A stretch of DNA of 63,621 nt, the filler included, from Ferroacidibacillus organovorans (GTDB taxonomy: Bacteria > Bacillota > Bacilli > Alicyclobacillales > SLC66): NCBI RefSeq assembly GCF_001642725.1. It is 3 parts of 3 records of this genome, joined end to end, with 100 filler letters (N's around TTAATTAATTAA, not from the genome) between each part and the next. Parts side by side here need not be neighbours in the genome. Positions count along the whole stretch, not along the records: positions 1 to 26,092 come from NZ_LSUQ01000034.1; 2 more parts are not named here. One strand, 5' to 3'. The notes beneath the pieces are model-generated. The model was given only the letters and a program-made list of their open reading frames with translations. It did no database searches and was not told the origin of the DNA. Of the stretch, positions 9,806 to 20,073 are shown piece by piece (the stretch's first letter is position 1; the number at the start of each line of letters is the position of its first letter). A program made the position numbers and the translations under genes.

Positions 9806-11448
9806 CTGCACGGGTGTGGCTGCGGGTCGATCCGCTCTTTACCGCAGACGTTAAACTGTTGGTTTCACTTTTTTTGCCGGGAGCACAGTTCACGAGCGGG
9901 GCACCTGCTACTGACGCTGCGCTTGCGCAAGATGAGTTGGCGATTGTCGCATCCATCGTCTGCACTGCGGCGGACGTGTGCGCGACAGTGACGCTTCGGG
10001 AAATGGTGAATGGGCTCAGCGCTTTGCGCGAGACGACACGCAAGCTCTCTCGGGGTGAGCGGATAGGGCAGAGCGAGCAGCGGCCTTTGACGTCGAGTGT
10101 GACGAGCGAAACGCCATTGCCTTCGACTTCTTCTGTGACGGTCGAAACACTGCGCTCTGATGATCCGCACACGGATCGAAAACTGCGTGTACTGATGAAA
10201 CGCGCGCTGCGTTTTGCCTTGCACGAGGCGCTCGCCGCGACAACGGGAAGGCGGTTGACGTGGGGGTTACTTACAGGGGTGCGCCCAGTGAAGCTCCTTC
10301 ACGAGTGGCAGCGGCAAGCGGGACAAAAGAGCGAGGAAGCATTGCGTGAGCGGTTACAGCGCGAGTATCTCGTCTCACCGGAGCGTGCGGCACTCGCAGC
10401 TGAGATCGCGGTGCGCGAGCGCGCGGCCGTGCCTGATTTGGAAACGCTCGACCGCGAGGTTAGCATCTACATCGGCATTCCGTTTTGCCCGACGCACTGT
10501 GCGTACTGTACGTTTCCTGCGTATTCTATGGTCGACAAGGCGCGCTATGCGTTTACGTTCCTTGACGCGCTTCTTCAGGAGATCAAAATGGTGGGACGCG
10601 TTTTGCGGGAAAAGCGCGTCGGGGTGACCACGGTATACGTGGGCGGTGGGACGCCAAGCAGTTTGCGTCCTGATGAGATGAGACGCTTGTTTGATGCTCT
10701 GCGTACGGAGGTGGGCGGAGCTTGGCGCGAGTTTTGTGTCGAGGCGGGACGGGCGGATACGATCACACCAGATCGGGTGGCGGCTATGGCGGAGTATGGC
10801 GTGGATCGCGTGAGCGTCAATCCGCAATCGTACCACCACCGCACGCTGCGTATGATGGGGCGTGGTCACTCGCCGGAAATCATTGATCGCCGCTTTGCGC
10901 TCGTGCGAGAGGCGGGCATTCGCAACATCAACATGGATCTAATCTTGGGGCTGCCTGGTGAGACGGGAGACGATGTGGCATATTCTGTGGAGCGAACGCT
11001 CGCGCTCGATCCTGACTCGGTGACGCTGCACACGCTCTCATTTAAACGTTCATCAGAGGTGACGGAGAAGCGGGAGAGCCTCGTTGTGCCGGATGACGAG
11101 GCGATGCTTTTGATGATGCGCGCGGCGGATCACGCAGTGCGCAGCGCGGGACTGCTGCCTTATTATCTCTATCGGCAACGAGACATCCTTGGCAATCTGG
11201 AGAATGTCGGATATGCCAAGCCGGGCTTTGAGGGCATCTATAACATCGCGATTATTGAAGAGGCGCAGACGATCATTGCGCTTGGCGGCGGCGCGGCCAG
11301 CAAATGGGTTGAGCCCGTGACGCGCCGGATTACTCGTCACGACAATCCGCGTGAACCACTCGCGTATGTGAACGCGATCGAGCGTGTACTTGCGGTTAAA
11401 GAGCGCGCGTTGATTCGGATTTGCGAGCAGATTGGCGCGGCGCATTGA
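9802..11448 (+). CDS. hemZ: Radical SAM coproporphyrinogen dehydrogenase-like HemZ
   Basis: 'WGLLTGVRP', CxxxCxxC (CPTHCAYC), 'PYYLYRQ..LGNLENVGY'. Confidence 0.88.
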   Translation: MTARVWLRVDPLFTADVKLLVSLFLPGAQFTSGAPATDAALAQDELAIVASIVCTAADVCATVTLREMVNGLSALRETTRKLSRGERIGQSEQRPLTSSVTSETPLPSTSSVTVETLRSDDPHTDRKLRVLMKRALRFALHEALAATTGRRLTWGLLTGVRPVKLLHEWQRQAGQKSEEALRERLQREYLVSPERAALAAEIAVRERAAVPDLETLDREVSIYIGIPFCPTHCAYCTFPAYSMVDKARYAFTFLDALLQEIKMVGRVLREKRVGVTTVYVGGGTPSSLRPDEMRRLFDALRTEVGGAWREFCVEAGRADTITPDRVAAMAEYGVDRVSVNPQSYHHRTLRMMGRGHSPEIIDRRFALVREAGIRNINMDLILGLPGETGDDVAYSVERTLALDPDSVTLHTLSFKRSSEVTEKRESLVVPDDEAMLLMMRAADHAVRSAGLLPYYLYRQRDILGNLENVGYAKPGFEGIYNIAIIEEAQTIIALGGGAASKWVEPVTRRITRHDNPREPLAYVNAIERVLAVKERALIRICEQIGAAH

Positions 11449-11473
11449 CAGATCGTGTTTGAAGCAGTAGTCT
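11445..11473 (+). promoter_or_regulatory. SigA promoter of the hisS-aspS leader
   Basis: TTGACA-17 nt-TAGTCT. Confidence 0.7.
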
Positions 11474-11489
11474 ATACGATAAATCAAAA

Positions 11490-11740
11490 TGAGATCGATG
11501 AAGAGAAGAGTATCAGGTGTACGCAGGCACAGAGAGAGACGAACGTGACTGAGAGTCGGCTCGCCAAATGCGTCCTTGAGAAGGACACCTCTGAGATGTT
11601 ACGTGAGTACGGCGCAGCCGAAAAGCGCAACCGGGACCTCCCGTTATCCGATGGAGAGCTGTGCGTGATTTGTGCACAGTGAATAGGGTGGCACCACGGG
11701 CGCAGCGCGCTCGTCCCTCGGGACGGGTGCTTTTTTGTGT
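11490..11740 (+). promoter_or_regulatory. T-box riboswitch leader (His/Asp)
   Basis: AGTA, AGAGA and CTGAGA stem I motifs, specifier region GACAC (11584-11588), T-box AATAGGGTGGCACCACG (~11682-11698), and terminator GCTCGTCCC-TC-GGGACGGGT followed by GC and a T-tract. Confidence 0.9.
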
Positions 11741-11761
11741 ACAAAATGAGGGCTGGGGGAT

Positions 11762-13039
11762 ATGGCGATGGCGGATTTTGCACGACCGCGCGGAACGTAT
11801 GACATAAAACCGAGTGAGACGCCTGCGTGGCAAGCTGTGGAGGATTTGGCGCGCACGCTTTTTTCGCACTATCACTTTGAAGAGATGCGCACACCAATTT
11901 TTGAGCACACTGAAGTTTTTGAACGCGGTGTCGGAGATACGAGCGATATTGTTCAAAAAGAGATGTATACGTTTGTCACGCGCGGTGAAAAGTCGGTCAC
12001 GCTGCGTCCCGAAGGAACGGCTGGCGTCGTGCGCGCATTTGTCGAGAACAAGCTGTATGGTGGGCCACTCCCGGCGAAGCTGTGGTACTTAGGTCCGATG
12101 TTTCGCTATGAAGCGCCGCAGGCGGGGCGCAATCGCCAGTTTCATCAGTATGGCGTCGAGGTGATTGGCTCGTCCGATCCGCGCGTGGACGCGGAAGTGA
12201 TTGAACTTGGCGCACGCTTTCTTTTAGAGGCGGGTGTGGCTGACGCGCGGCTTGAACTAAACTCTGTGGGCTGTCCGGTGTGTCGCGCGGCGCACCGTGC
12301 GGCGCTCATCGCGCACCTGGCGCCGATTCGCGGTTCGCTTTGCGCGGACTGCCAAGGGCGTTTTGAAAAGAATCCGTTGCGCATCCTCGATTGCAAAAAA
12401 GATCGTGATCGCCCGGAAGTGAAAAGCAGCCCGCGCATTACGGAATACCTTTGCGCGGATTGTCAGACGCAGTACAGCGCAGTGAAGCACAATCTTGATG
12501 TGCTCGGTGTGAGCTACGTCGAGGATTCGACGCTTGTGCGCGGTCTCGATTACTATACACAAACGACGTTTGAGTTCGTCGATGATCGTATCGGGGCAAA
12601 GAGCACGCTGCTCGCCGGCGGGCGTTACAACGGACTTGTTGAACAGTTGGGCGGTCCGGACATGCCGGGGATTGGATTTGCCGGGGGCGTTGAGCGTTTG
12701 CTGCTCGCGCGCGCTGTGCAGGAAGAAGAGGAAGGCGCGGCGAAAATCGATGCGTACATCGTGACGTTCGGGAGCGATCTGACAATTTTTGACGCGTCAC
12801 TGCGGGTGCTGTCCCTTCTGCGTAAAGCGGGCGTCACGGCGGATCTTGACTATGCCGGGCGGGGGGTCAAGGCGCAGATGAAAACGGCGGATCGCCTCGG
12901 CGCGCGCGTAGCCGTTCTTCTTGGCGATGAGGAAGTCGCGAATGGTGCGGTGACACTGCGCGATTTGATGACAAAAGAGCAAAATCAAGTGAGTGAGGAT
13001 GCGTGTGTCGAAGCGGTTCTCGCGCTACTTTCGCGATAG
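11762..13039 (+). CDS. hisS: Histidine--tRNA ligase
   Basis: 'LRPEGTAG', 'GPMFRYE.PQ.GR.RQF', 'LVRGLDYY', 'GGRYNGL'. Confidence 0.97.
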   Translation: MAMADFARPRGTYDIKPSETPAWQAVEDLARTLFSHYHFEEMRTPIFEHTEVFERGVGDTSDIVQKEMYTFVTRGEKSVTLRPEGTAGVVRAFVENKLYGGPLPAKLWYLGPMFRYEAPQAGRNRQFHQYGVEVIGSSDPRVDAEVIELGARFLLEAGVADARLELNSVGCPVCRAAHRAALIAHLAPIRGSLCADCQGRFEKNPLRILDCKKDRDRPEVKSSPRITEYLCADCQTQYSAVKHNLDVLGVSYVEDSTLVRGLDYYTQTTFEFVDDRIGAKSTLLAGGRYNGLVEQLGGPDMPGIGFAGGVERLLLARAVQEEEEGAAKIDAYIVTFGSDLTIFDASLRVLSLLRKAGVTADLDYAGRGVKAQMKTADRLGARVAVLLGDEEVANGAVTLRDLMTKEQNQVSEDACVEAVLALLSR

Positions 13040-13058
13040 GATGGAGAGGGGAATAAAC

Positions 13059-14888
13059 GTGGAAGCGATGATGAGTGGCACGCGTGCGGGACAACGTGAA
13101 GAAGTGACCGAGATGAGGACGCATGGCGCCGGGGTACTTCGACGAGAGCATGCGGGAAGTGCGGTGCGGCTGGCAGGATTTGTTCAGCGCCGGCGGGACT
13201 TGGGCGGTGTCATCTTTATTGACCTGCGGGACAGAACGGGTATTGCGCAATTGGTGTTTCGGCAAGACATCAACGCAGAGGCGTTGGAACTCGCTGATCG
13301 GTTGCGCAGTGAGTACGTGGTGCGCATAATGGGCCGCGTTGTAGCGAGGGAAGAGCATGCGGTCAACCCGAAAATCGAGACGGGCGAGATTGAAGTAGAG
13401 GTCACAACGCTTGAAATTTTGAATGGGGCAAAGACGCCGCCGTTTCTGCTGGAAGACGGGGGCGACGTCGATGAGATGGTGCGCCTTCGCTATCGCTATC
13501 TCGACTTGCGGCGACCGGAGATGTTGCGCACGTTTCGCCTTCGCCATCAGGTGATGCAATTCGTGCGGCAATTCCTTGATACGCGTCAGTTTATCGAGGT
13601 TGAGACGCCGATGCTCACACGCAGCACGCCAGAGGGCGCGCGCGATTACCTCGTGCCGTCGCGCGTTCATCCGGGCGAATTTTATGCGTTGCCACAGTCG
13701 CCGCAGCTTTTTAAGCAGCTCCTGATGGTCGGTGGATTTGAGCGGTATTTTCAGATTGTGCGCTGCTTTCGCGATGAGGACTTGCGCGCCGATCGGCAAC
13801 CGGAGTTTACGCAGATCGACATTGAGACCTCCTTTTTAACGCAAGAAGAACTGATGACCATGATGGAGAACATGGTTGCGCAATTGATGCAAACAACGCT
13901 TGGCGTAACCGTGCCGCTTCCATTTCAGAGGATTCCCTATCACGACGCGATGGCGCGCTTTGGCTCAGATAAACCGGATTTGCGTTTCGACATGGAACTG
14001 TGCGATGTCGCTCCGGTTGTAAAGGATGCTTCTTTCAAGGTCTTTGCAGACGTGCTTGCAAAAGGCGGCGAGGTCAAGGCGCTTGTCGCGCCGGGATGCG
14101 GGACGTTTAGCCGAAAAGAGATTGATGATCTCGGCAAATTTGCCGCACGCTACAGAGCGAAGGGGCTCGCGTGGATGGTCGTGGAAGAAACGGGAGTGCG
14201 CTCTGCGATCGCGAAGTTTTTCACAGAGGAAGAGCTTGCGGCGGTCGTCGCGCATACTGGCGCAAAGGTCGGCGACCTGATTCTGTTTGTGGCCGATCAA
14301 AAGAAAGTGGTGGCAGACGCGCTTGGCGCATTGCGCGTGCATCTCGGCAAGCTGCTTGGGTTGATCGATGAATCGATCTTTGCGTTTGCCTGGATCACCG
14401 ATTTTCCGCTTGTCTCGTATGACGAAGAGGCGCAGCGCTTCGTGGCGGAGCACCACCCCTTTACGATGCCAAATGTGGAAGATTTGCCGCTTCTTGAGAC
14501 AGATCCTGGCCGTGTACGTGCGCAGGCGTATGACATGGTCTTGAACGGCTATGAAATCGGCGGTGGCTCGATGCGTATTTATCAGCGCGATGTGCAGGAA
14601 AAGATGTTTCAGACGCTTGGATTTACAATGGAAGATGCGCGCAGTCAATTCGGTTTTTTGCTCGATGCGTTCGAGTATGGGACGCCGCCGCACGGTGGAA
14701 TTGCGTTTGGACTCGATCGGATCATCATGATCTTGGCCGGGCAGTCGTCGCTGCGGGATGTGATCGCGTTTCCGAAAACGGCGTCTGGCGCGGACGTCAT
14801 GGTGATGGCGCCTTCAGCGGTTGAGCAAAAGCAGTTGGAGACGCTTCATCTTGAACTTGCCATTGAAACGGAGGCTACACAGAAATGA
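13059..14888 (+). CDS. aspS: Aspartate--tRNA ligase
   Basis: '[15 protein letters not shown]', '[13 protein letters not shown]', '[12 protein letters not shown]'. Start taken as GTG 13059 after GGAGAGGGG. Confidence 0.96.
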   Translation: MEAMMSGTRAGQREEVTEMRTHGAGVLRREHAGSAVRLAGFVQRRRDLGGVIFIDLRDRTGIAQLVFRQDINAEALELADRLRSEYVVRIMGRVVAREEHAVNPKIETGEIEVEVTTLEILNGAKTPPFLLEDGGDVDEMVRLRYRYLDLRRPEMLRTFRLRHQVMQFVRQFLDTRQFIEVETPMLTRSTPEGARDYLVPSRVHPGEFYALPQSPQLFKQLLMVGGFERYFQIVRCFRDEDLRADRQPEFTQIDIETSFLTQEELMTMMENMVAQLMQTTLGVTVPLPFQRIPYHDAMARFGSDKPDLRFDMELCDVAPVVKDASFKVFADVLAKGGEVKALVAPGCGTFSRKEIDDLGKFAARYRAKGLAWMVVEETGVRSAIAKFFTEEELAAVVAHTGAKVGDLILFVADQKKVVADALGALRVHLGKLLGLIDESIFAFAWITDFPLVSYDEEAQRFVAEHHPFTMPNVEDLPLLETDPGRVRAQAYDMVLNGYEIGGGSMRIYQRDVQEKMFQTLGFTMEDARSQFGFLLDAFEYGTPPHGGIAFGLDRIIMILAGQSSLRDVIAFPKTASGADVMVMAPSAVEQKQLETLHLELAIETEATQK

Positions 14889-15913
14889 TTGATTTGCGAA
14901 GTGATACGGTGACGCGCCCGTCGGCTGCCATGCGTCACGCGATGGCGCAGGCGGAAGTCGGAGATGACGTTTACCGCGAAGATCCCACCGTGTTGAAACT
15001 TGAGGAGACGGCGGCTGAAATGCTTGGAAAAGAAGCGGCGCTGTTTGTGACGAGTGGCACGCAGGGCAATCAGATCGCGGTTCTCACACACGCGCGTCCA
15101 GGCGACGAGGTAATCCTTGAGGCGGAGTCGCACATCTTTTATTACGAGGTCGGCGCAATGGCCGCGCTCGCGGGTGTTCAGGCGCGGACACTGCCAGGGG
15201 TGCGCGGTCAGATGCCTCTTTCGCAACTCAAGAAGGCGATTCGCGGTGTCAACATTCACTATCCAGAGACTAAATTGATTTGCCTTGAAAACACGCACAA
15301 CCGGGCAGGCGGCGCGATTCTCCCGCTTTCTTACATGAAGGAAGTGTACGAGCTGGCGCAGGCGCATCAGGTGCCTGTGCATCTCGATGGGGCGCGTCTC
15401 TTTAACGCTGCGGTCGCATCAGGCATCGCGGTGCGGGAATTCGCCGCCGCCGTCGACACGGTGCAGGTATGCTTGTCAAAGGGGCTCGGCGCGCCGATCG
15501 GGTCGCTTCTCGCGGGGTCGCGTGAGTGGATTGAGCGCGCGCGCAAGTGGCGTAAGGCGCTGGGTGGCGGGATGCGTCAAGCGGGTGTGATTGCGGCGCC
15601 AGGGCTTTTGGCGCTAAACACGATGGTCGATCGTTTGGCGGATGATCACAGGCGGGCAAAGCGTCTTGCCGAAGGGCTCGCGCAGATTCCTGGAGTATCC
15701 ATTCGTCCCGAGGATGTCGAGACGAACATCGTGATTGCAGACATCTCAGGACTGTCGGTGGGCATGGCAGATTTCTTGCAGAGACTCGCGAAAGAGAGCG
15801 TACTGGCGACGGATTTTAGCGAGACGACGGTGCGTTTTGTCACCCATGTGGACGTGGATGATGCAGCGATTGAAGCGACGCTATTGGCTGTGTCCCGCAG
15901 TGTAAGCGCGTAA
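14885..15913 (+). CDS. ltaE: Low-specificity L-threonine aldolase
   Basis: 'IDLRSDTVT', 'LENTHN', '[10 protein letters not shown]', 'CLSKGLGAP'. Confidence 0.94.
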   Translation: MIDLRSDTVTRPSAAMRHAMAQAEVGDDVYREDPTVLKLEETAAEMLGKEAALFVTSGTQGNQIAVLTHARPGDEVILEAESHIFYYEVGAMAALAGVQARTLPGVRGQMPLSQLKKAIRGVNIHYPETKLICLENTHNRAGGAILPLSYMKEVYELAQAHQVPVHLDGARLFNAAVASGIAVREFAAAVDTVQVCLSKGLGAPIGSLLAGSREWIERARKWRKALGGGMRQAGVIAAPGLLALNTMVDRLADDHRRAKRLAEGLAQIPGVSIRPEDVETNIVIADISGLSVGMADFLQRLAKESVLATDFSETTVRFVTHVDVDDAAIEATLLAVSRSVSA

Positions 15914-15933
15914 ACGAAAGGGGCGTATGCGCG

Positions 15934-17226
15934 ATGGATGAATCGATTCCGCTGGCGGAGCGCATGCGTCCGCGCTCGCTTGATGAATTCTATGGGCAGC
16001 AGCACCTTTTACGGCCGGGAACGCTGATTCATCGCGCGATGCAGGCTGGCTTTTTGCGCTCTGTCATTCTTTGGGGGCCGCCGGGCGTGGGCAAGACGAC
16101 GCTTGCGAAACTGATGGCCAATCGGGCGGATGCACGGTTGATCGAACTCTCTGCGGTCTCGTCCGGCACGCGGGAATTGCGTGAGGTGTTTGCACAGGCG
16201 GATGAAGAGCGCCGTCTCTACGGCATTCAGACGCTCGTTTTTATTGATGAGATTCACCGCTACACAAAGACACAGCAGGACGCGCTGCTCCCAGCTGTCG
16301 AACGCGGGGTTGTGCACTTGATCGGGAGCACGACGCAAAACCCGCGCATGGCGCTCACGCCGGCACTTTTGAGTCGGCTGCAGATCGTTCAATTGCGACC
16401 GCTGACACAGGATGACCTGCGCTTGGCGGTAGAGCAGGCGCTTACCGATGAGACGCGCGGTCTTGGCGGGCGCGGGGTTTTGCTTGAGGATGATGCGCGG
16501 GATCTGCTCCTCGCGCTCAGTGGCGGTGACGTAAGGCGCGCCTTGACGACACTTGAGTGGGCGGTGTATCAGTCTGAGTCGTGCGACGGCGTTGTGCGCG
16601 TAAAACGCGCGACTGTGCAGCGGATTCTTGAAGAGGCGCGCGGCGCGGTGGATGAATCGACGCTCTATGACATGCTGAGCGCGTTTGGAAAGTCTCTGCG
16701 CGGAAGTGACAGTGACGCGGCGGTGTACTGGTTTATGCGGATGGTAGATGCAGGAGTCGATCCACGCATCCCCGTTCGGAGGATGATCGTGCATGCCAGC
16801 GAGGATGTCGGCATGGCGAATCCGCAGGCGCTCCTTCAGGCGATGGCGGCGTGGCAGGCGCTCGATGTGGTCGGGATGCCCGAGGCGCGCATTCCGATTG
16901 CCCAGGCGATTGTCTTTGTGTGTGAGTCGCCAAAGTCAAACAGTATCGTCGTCGCGCTTGGCAAGGTTGAAACGGCAATTCGGGCACATCCGCACGCGGC
17001 GGTGCCACTTCATTTGCGCGATAAGAGTTACCCACGTGAGGATGATGGAAATGTGACGTATCGCTACCCTCACGATTATCCGCATCATCACGTCAAGCAG
17101 GTCTATCTTCCGTCGCCGCTTGAGCGGGAAACTTTTTATGCGCCCAGTACTGAAGGGCTTGAACAGCGTGTCCATCCGCGAAAACATGGAAGGTCAATGG
17201 ATGAAAAGGGAGAAAATCCTGTCTAA
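15934..17226 (+). CDS. rarA: Replication-associated recombination protein A (MgsA/RarA)
   Basis: 'PLAERMRP', 'GPPGVGKTT', 'FIDEIHR', 'KSLRGSD', 'ASEDVG'. Confidence 0.94.
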   Translation: MDESIPLAERMRPRSLDEFYGQQHLLRPGTLIHRAMQAGFLRSVILWGPPGVGKTTLAKLMANRADARLIELSAVSSGTRELREVFAQADEERRLYGIQTLVFIDEIHRYTKTQQDALLPAVERGVVHLIGSTTQNPRMALTPALLSRLQIVQLRPLTQDDLRLAVEQALTDETRGLGGRGVLLEDDARDLLLALSGGDVRRALTTLEWAVYQSESCDGVVRVKRATVQRILEEARGAVDESTLYDMLSAFGKSLRGSDSDAAVYWFMRMVDAGVDPRIPVRRMIVHASEDVGMANPQALLQAMAAWQALDVVGMPEARIPIAQAIVFVCESPKSNSIVVALGKVETAIRAHPHAAVPLHLRDKSYPREDDGNVTYRYPHDYPHHHVKQVYLPSPLERETFYAPSTEGLEQRVHPRKHGRSMDEKGENPV

Positions 17227-17327
17227 AATCGTATAAAAGGTTGCAGAACGCTCACAATTTCGGTTTTAGGGTATGGTATACTGGCAACGATAGGATGTAT
17301 GAGTGTATCGATTCAGAGGTGTAGAGC

Positions 17328-17738
17328 GTGAAGATCTCGACGAAAGGTCGCTATGGCCTGCTTCTCATGGTAGACCTTGCTGTGTCAGGCGTATCTGGAC
17401 CAGTATCCTTGAAGTCGGTCGCAGAGCGCAAAGGTCTATCCGACCATTACCTCGAACAGTTAATCGCACCGCTGCGAAATGCGGGAATGGTTAAAAGTGT
17501 ACGCGGTGCGTACGGTGGCTATACCCTCGCACGTCCTCCTGAGGCGATTACTACGGGAGACGTGCTTCATGTATTGGAGGGTCCGATCGCGATCGTCGAA
17601 GAGACGGGAGATGGACTTGAGGCGTTCTGGCTCTCTTTGCAAGATAAAATTGATGAGGTATTGCGCACGACAACCCTTGCGGACCTTGTTGAATTGTATG
17701 GTAAAGACAGTAAGAATGGCTATATGTTTTATATTTGA
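17328..17738 (+). CDS. cymR: Rrf2-family regulator CymR
   Basis: 'KISTKGRYGL...HYLEQL..LRNAG.VKSVRGAYGGY', C-terminal YMFYI, no Fe-S cysteines. Confidence 0.88.
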   Translation: MKISTKGRYGLLLMVDLAVSGVSGPVSLKSVAERKGLSDHYLEQLIAPLRNAGMVKSVRGAYGGYTLARPPEAITTGDVLHVLEGPIAIVEETGDGLEAFWLSLQDKIDEVLRTTTLADLVELYGKDSKNGYMFYI

Positions 17739-17758
17739 TACGTGAAAGAAGGGTGTTC

Positions 17759-18940
17759 ATGGAAACCGCTTATCTTGACGCGGCGGCTACGACCCCCCTT
17801 TCTTTGGAAGTTCGTCAGAAGATGATGAAGAGCTTGGATGAAACGTCCGGAAATCCTTCGAGTTTACACCGAAAAGGACGCAGCGCTCGCCAATTGTTGG
17901 AGCGTGCGCGTGCAGAGTTGGCTCAAGCGCTTCACTGCCGCAAAGATGAGTTGATCTTTACGAGTGGTGGAACGGAAGCGGATTATCTTGGCATCACAGG
18001 CCTTGCAACGAGTAGTAAAAACCGCCATATCGTCAGCACAGCGTATGAACACCACGCGGTGCTAAGTACGCTTTTGGTAATGGAACGGCTTGGATATGAA
18101 GTATCGCTTGTGAATCCGCGCGCAGATGGACTGATTCACGCGGAGGATGTGCTTCAAGCGGTGCGCGACGATACGTGTCTTGTCAGTGTGATGTGGGTGA
18201 ACAATGAGACGGGGGCCGTTGCGCCAATTGATGAACTTGGCCGTGTGCTTCGCGGACGGAGGATTCCTTTCCACGTTGACGGCGTACAGGCGCCAGCGTT
18301 TCTTCGCGTGGATCTTGACGCGGTGCCTGTGGATGCCGTGAGTTTTAGCGCACATAAACTTTTTGGACCTGTCGGTGTGGGTGCACTCTATGTTCGCGCG
18401 GGTGTGTCGTTTGATCCTTTCTATCCGCAAGGCACACAGGAGCGTGGGCGGCGGGGCGGCACAGAGAGTGTTGTGCTCGCAAGTGGGATGGCGACTGCTT
18501 TCGCTTTGCAAACAGAGCACTTTGAAGCTCGTGTCGCGCAGATAAAGGCACTGTCGGATCGATTTGTTCGACATGCATCTGCGCAAATTGATGGGGTTTT
18601 GTGGCAACTTCCGGAGATTCGTACGCCGCACATTGTAAGTGTGCGAGTGGTGGGGATCAAGGCGGATGTGCTGCTTATGAACCTTGATCTGCGTGGCGTA
18701 TTTGCGTCGAGCGGGTCAGCGTGTTCAGCGGGTTCTGCAGAACCTTCTCACGTCATGAAGGCGCTCGGAATGTCGCAGCGTGAGGCGAGAGAGGTTGTGC
18801 GATTCAGTTTTTCAAGTGCAACGACCGATGCAGAAGTAGACTATGCGGTAGATGCGTTCTGTGAAGCGGTGCATCAGATTCGCTCGGGCCGATTAGGAAA
18901 TGGAAAAAATGGTTATTCTGAGGATGCCAAAGCAGAATGA
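17759..18940 (+). CDS. iscS: Cysteine desulfurase (IscS/YrvO type)
   Basis: 'YLDAAATTP', 'TSGGTE', 'SAHK', 'SSGSAC'. Start chosen at ATG 17759. Confidence 0.9.
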   Translation: METAYLDAAATTPLSLEVRQKMMKSLDETSGNPSSLHRKGRSARQLLERARAELAQALHCRKDELIFTSGGTEADYLGITGLATSSKNRHIVSTAYEHHAVLSTLLVMERLGYEVSLVNPRADGLIHAEDVLQAVRDDTCLVSVMWVNNETGAVAPIDELGRVLRGRRIPFHVDGVQAPAFLRVDLDAVPVDAVSFSAHKLFGPVGVGALYVRAGVSFDPFYPQGTQERGRRGGTESVVLASGMATAFALQTEHFEARVAQIKALSDRFVRHASAQIDGVLWQLPEIRTPHIVSVRVVGIKADVLLMNLDLRGVFASSGSACSAGSAEPSHVMKALGMSQREAREVVRFSFSSATTDAEVDYAVDAFCEAVHQIRSGRLGNGKNGYSEDAKAE

Positions 18941-19146
18941 AAGAGGTGACTGACGTGGAACGCTGTCCGCATTGCAATTGCCGAGATATTGGAAAGATCG
19001 GCAACAATCAATTCTACTGTTGGAATTGTTTTATGGAATTTGCGCTTGTCGGGGATGAAGTGAAGATTTATCACGTGGACGAGGACGGAAGCCTTGTCGC
19101 CTGGAATCCAGAACCTCCGATGGAAGATACACCGGCTGCCGTCTGA
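18937..19146 (+). CDS. Small Cys-rich conserved Bacilli protein (YrzR-like)
   Basis: 'CPHC..RDIGKIGNNQFYCWNCF' zinc-ribbon pattern, in the usual rarA-cymR-iscS neighbourhood. Confidence 0.7.
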   Translation: MKEVTDVERCPHCNCRDIGKIGNNQFYCWNCFMEFALVGDEVKIYHVDEDGSLVAWNPEPPMEDTPAAV

Positions 19147-19445
19147 CCAGGAATGGCGCTCTGTTCGTCGGTAGTTACGGAGTTGTGCTGAGTGGTACGA
19201 GCCTTTGCCTGTATTACAACTTGGTCGGGTGTTACGACTCGTGAAGGGTGTTAGGAAAGGGCGACGAGTACTCCAACTCGTACGAGTTGGTAGGACGGAT
19301 CTCGGGTGTAGACACGCGTTTCATTTCGCGATGGAGTGAACCATTCTGATAGTGATTTTTCAACGCAGCAGGACGAGTTTGTCGGAATAAAAAACTGCGA
19401 TGAAAAAAGGTTCTACTGTTTCCTCCACAAAGTTGAGAAAAGCCC

Positions 19446-19475
19446 TTGCACTGTGAGCGCATGATATGCTATATT
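19446..19475 (+). promoter_or_regulatory. SigA promoter for the tRNA pair
   Basis: TTGCAC-18 nt-TATATT with an extended TG. Confidence 0.6.
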
Positions 19476-19496
19476 AACACATGTCGCACGACGCAA

Positions 19497-19573
19497 GGGC
19501 CTATAGCTCAGCTGGCTAGAGCGCACGACTGATAATCGTGAGGTCAGAGGTTCAAGTCCTCTTAGGCCCACCA
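19497..19573 (+). tRNA. tRNA-Ile(GAT)
   Basis: Cloverleaf GGGCCTA...TAGGCCCA-CCA, anticodon loop CTGATAA, T-loop GTTCAAG. Confidence 0.97.
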
Positions 19574-19581
19574 GACAACTT

Positions 19582-19657
19582 GGGGATATAGCTCAGTTGG
19601 TAGAGCACCTGCCTTGCAAGCAGGGGGTCAGCGGTTCGAATCCGCTTATCTCCACCA
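19582..19657 (+). tRNA. tRNA-Ala(TGC)
   Basis: GGGGATA...TATCTCCA-CCA with G3:U70, anticodon loop CTTGCAA. Confidence 0.97.
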
Positions 19658-19680
19658 CGGAAAACCTTGATAGATCTAGG

Positions 19681-19726
19681 AAAATCGGACTGTACCCCCA
19701 CAGGGTATGCAGTCCGATTTTGTTTT
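19681..19726 (+). terminator. Rho-independent terminator after the tRNAs
   Basis: AAAATCGGACTG...CAGTCCGATTTT followed by a T-rich tail. Confidence 0.75.
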
Positions 19727-19792
19727 ATGTCCTAGTTTTGGACTAGTTTCTTTTTGGACAAAAATGGAATCGTAGGAAGAGGTCGATTTAGT

Positions 19793-19909
19793 TCCGAATC
19801 GTTCACTGATGGCCTTGATGTTTACATCTTGTTCGAGAAGCATACTACCATGCGTATGACGTAGATCGTAGAGACGTATTTTAGGGAGATTCGCTTTCGC
19901 GTGGATTTT
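19793..19909 (-). pseudogene. Tyrosine recombinase (phage/ICE integrase) C-terminal remnant
   Basis: Hand translation gives KIHAKANLPKIRLYDLRHTHGSMLLEQDVNIKAISERFG (box II DLRH motif). The N-terminus and the catalytic H/Y segment are missing. Confidence 0.8.
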
Positions 19910-20073
19910 TGCGCTCGCATTTCTGTGGTAGAAGGTAGGTCTCCGCGCAGTGCGGGGATTTTATATGAGTGGCGGGTTGGCGTTCGGTTTCATAATAGCG
20001 CGGCGTTGGCCGTGGGCACCCGAATAATGAACAAGTACTATGTACCATAAACTCGCCTATTTTTCGAAACTAT

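Noticed and set aside
10080..10165. Short duplicated Ser/Thr-rich insert in HemZ (TSSVTSET/TSSVTVET)
   Set aside because: Likely a neutral linker duplication; no intein or mobile features.
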